A stretch of 64,000 nt of DNA, taken from contig NC_059427.1 of the NCBI RefSeq assembly GCF_021028975.2, forward strand, positions 66,774,001 through 66,838,000, written 5' to 3'. Below, in pieces: positions 43,401 through 53,150 of this stretch. The stretch comes from Sphaerodactylus townsendi. Taxonomy: Eukaryota. The translations under genes and the position numbers were made by a program. The notes beneath the pieces were generated by a model. The model worked only from the letters and a program-made list of their open reading frames with translations, did no database searches and had not been told where the DNA came from. The stretch's first letter is position 1. Each line of letters begins with the position of its first letter.

Positions 43401-45675
43401 TTGATTAAACATTCATAACTTCTGCTCGTCAGAGTAAGAACCCATCTCCATGCAAAACTAAACAATACAGCTCCCTCCTAAGGACATTGCTAAAGACTTC
43501 TGCCTTAAGGCGCATGGCATGAGTGGTAAATAGCAGAGAATGTTTCTGTGTGTTTTCATTCTTGCTTTAATCAGTCAATCAAACTTGCAGATGTTGGAAA
43601 GCAAAGTCAGCTTACAATTAGTTTTAAAATGCTGCCACCACAATTATTTTTAAATGGATAATGACATGTTCAAAATGTGTGGAAAAGCGTGGGTTGAGCA
43701 TTTTCAATCAAAAATAGGCACTGTTTTAAAGCATGATCCTCAAAGTATGACCAGTCCTTTACAATTGAACTGGATTAACAATTATGCTGAGCACCTTCTT
43801 AATCCCCTAGTTGGGCTTACATAGAATAGTAATGAATTATACAGGCCTAATTCAGCTGTGTGTATCTACTACATGGGAGCTTGCAACCACATATGTGGAG
43901 ATTGATACTAGTTTGCCCAGCACCCCTTACAGTTACTTCTAACCATTAAGGATACTTAAAGACCTGTTGGTTCCACTTACATTTTGTTCTCTAGTCATGA
44001 ACAAGGAACTGATGTTTGCTGGTGAATTCTACTGTTTACGCTGGTATTAACTCCCTTGTATATGTTCAGCAGGTTGCTTCAGTGTATCCCTTCCTGACAA
44101 TGCATTACAGGGCAACTGGATTTTTGCACACACGTGTTCTCTCACAACCCAATTGAGTTCCACCATGCCTCTTTCTTGCTTTGTAACTATTCCACGCAGT
44201 ACACAATTTGTAAACAATTTGATGTCAAAACTCATACCAATCAGTCATAAATAAAATTCTGCCCTTTGACGTTTGCTTAAGTAGTTCACAGCAACTGTAA
44301 TGGCAGCATCTTTGTGCTTGCCCAGTTTTGCAATAATCCATAAAAGCCTGTTTGGCAGGCATTTGTAGCTGTTTAGCGTGAATAGAGTAAGCTGGGTGAT
44401 CAGTTCCCACCTGACTGACATATTTGAACACAGTAAGTTCAAACATATTTGTGGCAAAATTTGCAGCTTTCCTGCTAACCATCAAAGACTCAGGGTAGCA
44501 CACATCAAGTACATCAAATTCTGCATGCTCAATAATAAATGCAAGAGATCCCTGCAGCGAAGAAGACAAATGTCAGGTTTGGTACCTACAACTTTATATT
44601 TAAAAGACCATGACACTAGGTTCCAAGAAACGTTCTTTAGGGTGTTATCAATACTGGTCTCACAATACATGTGTGAAAAGAAGACTAGTAAGTTCAGTCA
44701 CTGCCAAGGGTAAAATGTACTATGTCCACACTCAGATGTGCTGTTCTCCATTATTGCATCACGTTTAGGAGTACTGAAAATAAGATTTATGACTGAGCAT
44801 TGAATCAAGTAAAGTCCCGTGAGCACAACAAAAGCAAAATGCAATGGGGTGCGTTTTCTTACCAAAAATGAAATAAGGACAATATAATTAGATATATCTT
44901 TGAACTGAATTTTAAATGCAAGGAGAATTCTTTTTTTAAAAAATTAACATATACCCCCATTAAAAGGCGCCCAAACACCTGTTCGATACCAGGTGTGTGC
45001 TGGGAAGTTTAAATAACTGCTGTCATACTCTTCTTAACATACCAGCTGATAGCCTGCAATTAAAAATGTTGATTTATGGTACAGACATTAACGAACAATT
45101 CCCAGCTTGAGCCAAATCAGTGTTAATGTTCCCACAATTGCAGTTTCCTGCTTTTGAAAAGTAAAATTGCACAGTGTAAAAATAACATCGTCCAACCTAC
45201 TCTGGAAGTAACCATCTACTTCTGCATCTACTGGCCTGATTTGTGTATATGTTTGTTCCTTGAAAGGAACACTCCTTAAGCCAGGGGTATCAAACTCAAA
45301 TGGGTGGAGGAGAGAAAAGTCTAGTTTGATTTTGTGACTCCCTACCTATTATTGCTATTGTGCTTACCTTGTGAACAGCTGAGCTTTGCATTGAAATGCC
45401 ATAGTCTGAATAAATAGACCTTTTGTGATTCACTGCCTTTTTAACCCCACCTGGCAGCCTTGCACAGGAGGGAAAGGCTAACCACCAGGTCTTGGCAGAA
45501 TCAGGATCCTAGTCAGTACAGCAGGAAGGGTGCAACAGCCGGGCAAACTATGAAGAGTTTCAATTGTGCCTTTACTGGCACAAGACGGAGGCAACATGTT
45601 TTCAGAGTAGACTTTGATTTTAGAAGACCTGTCCAGACTGCTCCTGTGCTGTCTAGTGCTCAGGTCCTGATTATG

Positions 45676-46174
45676 TGTAGTAGTGCACTGCCGACCCGGC
45701 AGTGCCGTAGTAGAACGGCATTAACGCATAGCGGACCTAACGACCTTACCCGGTTGCACATCGCACCCCACTCCCTCATCCCCCGCCGGAGTCACCAGGT
45801 AGAGTGAACTGTCTGAAATACCAATCACGGGCGCTTAGGAGGACAATGATCTTGCCCCAAGGTGAGGAATTAGAGCTCAGGCGAATGCGTCACGCTCTTC
45901 TACTCCGCTTACGTAGCCAGATGAGATCATGCATCACCTGATGATCTCCCGATCACCATCCGGCTCTCAGAGACTCCCCAGTCCTCCCTCCTGCCCCGAT
46001 GGAAGTAACAATAAAAGGAAGGTGCCAGGAACCCGGCCAGGCCGGAAGTACCGCTAGGAACCGCGGACCTCCCGGTCTCCACGCTGCTGGCGATACTCCA
46101 CCAGATGTTATCTCACGGCGTCACCGTCACTAAGTTCTTCGCTGACGGCGGCGTGGAATGGAAGACCTTCCACA
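45676..46174 (+). repeat. ERV 5' LTR
   Basis: Starts TGTAGTAGTGCACTGCCG, is colinear with 51522-51999, has AATAAA at 46010-46015, and ends near ...CACA just before the PBS. Confidence 0.9.
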
Positions 46175-46180
46175 AATAGC

Positions 46181-46199
46181 TGGTTACGCGAAACCGGGA
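46181..46199 (+). promoter_or_regulatory. Primer binding site, tRNA-Phe-like
   Basis: TGGTTACGCGAAACCGGGA resembles the tRNA-Phe complement TGGTGCCGAAACCCGGGA with indels, and sits just after the 5' LTR. Confidence 0.6.
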
Positions 46200-46410
46200 G
46201 ATCCTCGAACCTCCACCCCTGCTCACCGTAAAGCCTTAATATGGGGAAGGGCAGCGGTGATACCCAGCGAAGTCCGGCGCTTCTGGATGTCGGCGCATCC
46301 AGGGACCCCCGTTTGACCGGTGTCGCCCTGTCCTCTGGATGCGGCGCATCCAGAAGACGCGTCCTAGGACGCACTCTCTGCGATCCGGAAGCGATGAACA
46401 CCTGGTGAGT

Positions 46411-48030
46411 ATGGGAGCTTTGCAAAAGCAGGGCTTACTGACAAAGCAAGTTGAAAGCGAGCGCTGAAGGCGTTAGCGAAATCGACGGCAAGAGTCCCCG
46501 ATAAAGAGAAGGAGACTCGCGCCAAAATTGGTTGAGGAGATTGAGGCTCGAGTGTCCGCTAATGGTGCCCAGAGGGGACATTGAATCTTAAGGGCCTTTA
46601 GAGGAAAAACGTCGAGGCGCACTCCCGCTTCAGAGCCTCAGCGAAAGCGCCCGATGTGCGCTCCGCCTTACTGGCCGATGGAGAACAATGTTTTGCCCGC
46701 CATCAGCCTTGTAGACCTACGCGAACCCTCTGACTCCCTTGCTGTAGAGCTGCATCCCTCTTCGATCACTTTCACCTTCAATTTCAACCCGAATTTTTCT
46801 CTATCCGCTAAATTGCCAGACTGTCACTCCTTCTGCCCCTGGCTCGCTTCACTGAATTCAAACTCTCCGGCTCAGCGCCCCCCCTCTGCTCCGCCCACTT
46901 CATTTTTCCGAAGCCACTGCACACCTCCGTCAGCGCCAGCGTAATGGCCGGCGGGTTTCTTCATACTCGCCTTGAGCGTCAATTAGCCCGCGATCTGCAG
47001 AAGAAGGAAACCACAATGGCGGAGAGAGCGATACCCGATATTCTTGCATTGTGCCCCATCCGCTTCACAGATACCGAAGAGGATGGCATAGTTACGGCGG
47101 CGAGGTTGTCCGAGTACACAGCCCTGAGCTATAATATCCTTACCTGAGCTCCGCCAAAGCAATGCGGGGCGGCGTTAGGAGATCACTAAGCTTCGTGAGA
47201 GGCATGCTGGGAAGCCGTAGCAAGGGAACCACCTAATGGTTTCCAGATGACCTGGAAAACCACCTTTAAGCATGCTCCTGAGCCCTGCGCGAATTTGTGT
47301 GGTCTGGGAAGAGTGAGTTCGCCAGCAATGTCTTCAACAGAGCCGCCACCCTCTGGCTGACCTACACCCGCCGCTCAGCTCAGCTTTCTGAAGCCCGTTT
47401 TGATGCTTTTGCCTTGCCAACCCCAGCGATCAGATTGTGTCCTGCCTGGGGAGTACCCGCTACGATGCGCCTCTGAGTGCTTCTATAAGGCATTTATCCA
47501 GAAGTCCCCAATGCCCGGCCAGCCAACTCAGAGTTTCTCCTCCATCCGGCAGAAACCCCAGAGCCCTATGCTGAATTTGTGAACAGGCTCCAGGAAGCGC
47601 TCAGAGGGCAGAGTGTAAGATGGCGAGGAAGGCCCAAAGCGAGCTCCTCATCGCATAGCCCTCGCATAAGGAGAACGCTTCCATGTAAGAGTGCCGCCAG
47701 GGCAATCACGGGCCTGGGCAAAATCCTGAACTGGCACGGCATGCTTAAAAGCTTGCCAGGACACATTGAAGGTCCTCCGCCCACCAAGCCCCAGCCTCCT
47801 CGCAGCACTCTCACCCGCATTGAGCCGGAGGCGGTCTCAGGATGACTGCTTTAACTTTCGCGGACCCAGACCGGGACAGCACTTCGAGAGGGAGTGTAGG
47901 CAGCCGGCGGGGGGGCCTGGCCCGATGGAGGAGGTCACTCCCCAGGAGAGAGAAGGCCACCAAAACCGATGGAACACGTTGCCAGAAGGGCTTCCCACTG
48001 GAGAGGCGACTGCCGATCGGGAAACTCCAC
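46411..48030 (+). pseudogene. gag: ERV gag (frameshifted as read)
   Basis: Donor-like GGTGAGT directly before ATGGGA. Matrix-like CP..W.PEGTLNL at about 46550-46590. MHR IRQKP/EPYAEFVNRLQEAL at about 47545-47600. MLK(A)CQD. Two CCHC knuckles: CFN..G..GHFEREC at about 47847 and CQKGF(H)WRGDCRS at about 47980. Confidence 0.85.
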
Positions 48031-48790
48031 GCCAGGCGTCTCCCAGCCAGGAGACCAAGGAGGAGAGTACTAGGGAGCCAGAGCTCAAATGCCAGGAGGC
48101 CCTGCCAAAGGCCACCCCCCTCTCGGCGTGGCATCTACCGGCTCACATCGCGGCTCAGCCCCGTCTCCTTTAAGATTCCCCCGCGAGGGTTCTTGTCGCT
48201 GGCCAGTATGGCGAGGCCATCCCTACCGGGACGAATTGGGCTAGATGCTTGCCAAGGAAGCCTCTGCAGCTGAGCAGGAGGACGCTGTTCATAGTCCCGG
48301 GTTGATGCGACTCCACGCTTTAAGGACCCATCCACCTCCAGGTCTGGACAAACATCCCACAGGAGCTGCCGCTGAGGAGCCAGCTGCGCTCAGCTGATTC
48401 TCTTGCCCATCGCTGCCGCTGCGACCCAATAAAGGCTACGAGCTGGCAGCCAACATGGCGCCAGCCATCATGCACGTCGCGGCGGTGGGAGGCGCTACTC
48501 GGGAGCTGCATCCATATCTGGGCTCGCCATAGAAGGATGTAAGTTCCAAGGGGCCTGGTGGACACGGCTGATATTACCGTCATCAGAGCAGTGGCCCGAC
48601 CAGTGGCGACGAGGCTGCCGCGCATCTGGGGGGGTGGTGGGGGGGAGACAAACCCCGTGAGCGGAGCATCCGCGCTCTGATCAGCACCTTGAGGACTTCG
48701 GCGGCAGCTCACGAGTCCGCCCCATCGTTCTACAGACATCCCATGTCAATCTCTGGGAAGAGACCTCCTTGAGTCAGGTTAAGCGACTCT
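48031..48790 (+). pseudogene. pro: ERV dUTPase + aspartic protease (frameshifted as read)
   Basis: dUTPase-like G..G.MLPRS / FIVPG..D motifs at about 48220-48315. Protease GLVDT(G)ADITVI at about 48550-48585 and VNLW(G)RDLL at about 48745-48775. Confidence 0.8.
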
Positions 48791-48909
48791 GGTCTGGGAT
48801 GGGTAAAACGTCCGCGGATCATTGATTGGCAATCGTGTGCCTTCGAAATTGCCTCCTAATTTCCACAGGAAATCTGTTCCCCCCTCCCCACTCCCCCTCT
48901 TTTCCTTCT

Positions 48910-49850
48910 GTTTTTTTAGAGCCAGTAAAAGAGGCGGGGAGGCCAGGTGGCTGACTGGCCCTCCCTGGATTAAAATCTGGGCCCATCCTGATACCGTCCC
49001 ATGGAGCACTGTCAGGACAGGACCCTAAGCTGTTAGGAGTGCTGTCGCTTTTAAATTCACCCATAAACGGTTTGGAAGGCACCCCAACAGGTTGCTCTCC
49101 GGTTTCTGACGGCTTATTCCGGCCCCTTGGCCGAGCCATGTATAGGAAGGGCGGTCTCGTGACGACACGCCTTCCTGAGATAATTCACGATCACAAAGAT
49201 TTAGCACCATCCAGCCTCCTGCATTATGCCACCAAGGTCCACGCGGTAAAGTGCAACTCCCTTGCAAGAAACCCCCCCCTTCCTTTCTCCTTTGTGTGTG
49301 TACTGCAAGAAATTTTGCCTCCTAATCGGCCTGATTGCCCAGCTACCATCTCCCGGATGCACCCATCCCGAAAGGTGCTTCCAAAGCCCCGCTTGTGTTG
49401 CTGATTAAAGCATGCATACCCACAATCCCCCCCAGGACTACGCCTGTTAATTCCCTCCCCTACCGAGGGCACCTCGGACCCTGCAGCAGCAGCGCTCTGA
49501 TATTGGCGACGCTTCTGAAGCCCGAATTCCCACAGGACGCCTACCTCCTGCCCTCCTCCCTGTCAAGCAAACAACGCTAAAGAAGAAAGAGAATTGTAGG
49601 CGGCTCCCCCAGGAGGGATTGCATTAAAAAGCAACCTTCACAGGCTGCCAAAACAAGCCTTCTTCCTTCCCATGTACTAAATATAAACATCTAACTTCGA
49701 TCCCAATCTCCACGCCATCGGCTCTAGAAGCTGAGCCTGGCGGGACTCGCCCCCCCAGTAACCTGGGAAAGGGGGGAGTATGTTTCAGTGTCCCTCTTCC
49801 TACAGGTTCCCGTGGACTCCGATTAAGCCGTTACGACAGGCTCGCACTCC
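48910..49850 (+). pseudogene. pol: Truncated pol remnant including integrase C-terminus
   Basis: WLTGPPWI near 48950 resembles the RT N-terminus. IPHNP at about 49415 and VTWG(R)GYVSV...G.RWTP at about 49758-49822 resemble class II integrase. The interval is only about 1 kb and I recognised no YxDD. Confidence 0.5.
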
Positions 49851-49879
49851 ATGGAATGACGCCAGGAGGAAACCAACCC

Positions 49880-51431
49880 CATCCCAGAGATGGGCACGCG
49901 ATCTCTCTAGAGGATCCCGCTTAGCGATCTTCGCCGACAGGAACGCATAGCGTCGCCAAAGCGCCCAAAGACCGGTTATTGACCTGGGGAGGCGTCAGCG
50001 ACTCACCAGCCAGGCCTCCCAGCTGCTGCTGCGCTCAGCAAGACCACCCGGAGACTGCCGAGAACCTCTGTGCAGCTCTCTTTCCGAACCTCACCCCCAA
50101 CTCGGCACCCACCATCCTTTTGCCTGCTCCTGCTGCCTCCCTGCCGATGGCGAAATCGGGCCACCCAGACGAAGCTTTCACCAGACCAGCATCTGGGAGC
50201 AGTTTTGCTGCCGCTGCCAACGTCTCATCTTTTCTGCCTGGAGCCGGTACCTACCGGAGTCGGAGAGCCTGCTAAAGCTCCTGCCTGCTTCCCTGTCTGT
50301 AAGCGCCGGAGACTTCCCTGGCGGAGTTCCTGGAGGCTGGAGCAACCCTTTTCAGCGGAATGCCCTCATCCTTATCAGGTACTCTATGAAGGCGCCCGAC
50401 TGGGGACCGGTCGTCCAAAACCCTCCGGCTGGCGCTCTTTTTTTCACTTGTCATCGAGGTCCGATTGGCTAACCCACCCGGAGTCCAACACCTCTGCGCC
50501 ACATCACGGTAGCCGAGCAGAACGGGAACCGTACCGAGGGCCGCTTAAGTGCGGCTTCGGCCAGTTGGAACTACGCACGCATGGAGGACATTCCCCGTGT
50601 TGGGAAACATCCTGCTCCCCCCAGGGGGCGGCTGGTTCTGAAGCCTGCGGGGAGAGGGGGCGTTTAACAGCATCCCTCTTCGACCTCCCCTGCAGGAACT
50701 CTTTTGCTCGCCTCAATTACAGCCTCACTACATTGTCCTACTCCCCAGGCTCCTGCCGGGAGCCCGTGACGCCCGCCCATCGCCCGCCCATCGCCCGCCG
50801 ACCCTCCTAAGTCGGAGCGACGCTGGGTGCGCCCTCTCCAGCCCGGAGTTAAAGTACTCCTGTAGCGCTTCCTAGTGGGGTCCCGGACTTCAAAGCTTCC
50901 TACAATGCTAAGACTATTGGCGGGCTGGCCTGTGCCCCTTCGAGATCCATCAGCTCTACCTCCACAGCTTCTGGATGCCCTGGCCTCCCGAGCAGCAGGA
51001 ACTTCGTCAAGCGACCCTAGACAATGCGATGTCAGCTATTGATTATTTGTTGTTGTTGTTGCATCACCAAGGTTGTGAGAATGTGTACATAATATTGTGT
51101 TGTTTTAATCTTTCCTGATAATTCCCAGTTGATCCACATGAAGTAGTCGTGAGCGGAGCTGCAAGAAGTTGTATCTAATCTGAAGTATGATGTTTTGTTG
51201 CCCCATTGGTGGTCAGCCCTCTGGAGCTGGCTGCGGGAGGATGGTTGAGTGCTTATTGTACAGCTCTGCATTGGTTTAGTTGTATGCCTTGTTGTTATCG
51301 GGATCTTGTTTACGTTCGTCGTGGTTCTAATATTGCCTGCGCAACGTGTGGGAAACCCCTCGCATTTCGCTTACCCGCCGAACCAAGTTCTAATGTTGCA
51401 CCAGAAAAGCAGCTTGAGGTCGAAGCTTTGA
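49880..51431 (+). pseudogene. env: ERV env (beta-like leader, ASLV-like SU/TM; frameshifted as read)
   Basis: LTWG...TAENLCAALF leader; IWEQ/FAAAANVSSF(C)L; GWF.ACGER(A)FNSIP; SYNAKTIGGLAC; EQQELRQATLDN..AIDYLLL.HHQGCENV...CCFNL(S)DNS; hydrophobic anchor LIVQLCIGLVVCLVVIGILF. Confidence 0.88.
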
Positions 51432-51511
51432 CCATCTACGACCGGAGGAGACAAAGGCCGTCCCTTTAACGCCTCATATAGCATTTCAGCCCCCCCCGTT
51501 TTCTAAAATGT

Positions 51512-51521
51512 AAGGAGGAGA
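51512..51521 (+). promoter_or_regulatory. Polypurine tract
   Basis: AAGGAGGAGA immediately 5' of the 3' LTR. Confidence 0.8.
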
Positions 51522-51999
51522 TGTAGTAGTGCACTGCCGACCGGCAGTGCGTATTAGCAGCGAATACGCAAAGTAGAACGTTGTACGCCAGCGGACCTCG
51601 CGTGCTGCGGTTACGCCAGCACCCCTACTCACCTCATCCCCCATGAGTCTGGAGTGGTCGAACTGTCTACGAAGTTCAATCACCGGGCGCAGGGACAATG
51701 ATCTTGCCCCCAGGTGAGATTAGGCTGGTAGACGTCAGGCAATGCGCTCTTCCTCCGCCGACGGTAGCCAGATTGAGATCATGCATCACCTGGATGATCT
51801 CCGACCTCCCCGGCTCTCGGAACTCCCCAGTCCTCCCTCCTACAGCCCCGATAGAGTAACAATAAAGGTGCCAGGAACCCGACAGGCGGAGAGTTACGCT
51901 AGGAACACGGACCTCCGGTCTCCCGCTGCTGGCGATCTCCACCAGATGTTATCTCCGCGTCTCATCTCGTTCTTACGCTGACCGCGTGGGTCGACTACA
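51522..51999 (+). repeat. ERV 3' LTR (478 bp)
   Basis: TGTAGT...ACTACA inverted termini and AATAAA at 51861-51866. Confidence 0.93.
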
Positions 52000-52399
52000 T
52001 TATGTGGTGAAACCCAATTTGTTTTTCTCTTGGACAGCTCTTATGTTGATCCAGGCTCTAGCTGTCAAACCTCATCTGCCAGTTATGGTGACTGGCTGGG
52101 CCAGACTATATGGTGTCTTACTGGGAACAAGACAGAAGCAACACACTAGTATTTTGTATATGTGAGCGTACCCGTATGCACATGCAGGGATGTGCACAAA
52201 ATTCATGTTAACATCTGGAGTCCTGGGAAGGGGAGGCTGAAAGGAGAAAGTGTATACTCTAGCAGCATTTTACAAAGGTGTGACTAAAACCTTTCCAGAT
52301 TGCCAAAACAGGGCAGTGGTTTTCCAGAGATGGAAAAGAGAAGAAAAGGCTTCTGTTGGTAGGTATATCACTTGGGGGTGCTCCTGGGCCTCCTGTTGG

Positions 52400-53150
52400 A
52401 TCAGCAGTGGTTAGGGGTGCTTTTTGTCACCTTTGGCTGGTGAGCCAGCTTTAACCCATCTCGCCACTGTGGTGCATGCCCTGGATACATCTAGATTAAA
52501 TGACTGCAGTGTGATCTGTGAGGGGTTGCCCTTGAAGATTGTCCAGAGGCTGCAGTTGATACAGACTGCTGCAGCCAGACTGTGGAATGGAGTAGGTTGC
52601 AGAGTCTCCAGTCTTATTTAATCTATGCAGGCTTCCAATTTGTATCTGGGCCCAAATCAATGGCTGGTAAAGCCCTCCATGGTTTGGGACCAACATACTT
52701 TTGAGGATTGTTCACTTTCTCCCATCTAAACTTACACATCTACTCTAAAGAGGCTCTTTGGATGTCCTGCTTTTTGTGCTCCCACTGATGAGGCTAGATA
52801 GGTGGCATCTCACAAAAGGGCCTTCTTGGTTGTGGTGCTAAAACTTTGGAACTCCCTCCAGGGAGATTTATCTGTTTCTCTCTAACATAGTTTTCCACCA
52901 GTGGGTGAAGATTTGTTTTGTTTTGATTGGACCATCTCTAGTAATTGTTATCGGTCCTCCTCTTTGGTTGTGGTATCTGTGCTCTGTGTTTATGTGTTTT
53001 TATTGAATTGTTTAAATATGTTATATATATTCTATTGTAAAGGATGTTTCAATATACTGAGGTTTTAACGCTGAAATATTTTAATGCTTGCTGACTTGGG
53101 GACCCTATTTGGGTTGAAAGATGGCATAGAAATGTTCTCAATAAATAAAT
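52400..53150 (+). mobile_element. L2 LINE 3' end
   Basis: LATVVHALDTSRLNDC...GLPLKIVQRLQLIQTAAARL, followed by a (TAAA)n tail. Confidence 0.85.

Larger units (their letters stand above)
45676..51999 (+). mobile_element. Endogenous retrovirus provirus, class II (beta/alpha-like), pol largely missing
   Basis: Two homologous LTRs with outer ends TGTAGT...ACTACA. Flanking direct repeat TTATG (45671-45675, 52000-52004). PBS, PPT and gag/dut/pro/IN/env motifs occur in the correct order. Confidence 0.95.

Noticed and set aside
50070-50810. 246-aa ORF as a novel gene
   Set aside because: It lies within ERV env and passes in and out of the real env frame (LFCL, ACGER). It is a product of indels and high GC.
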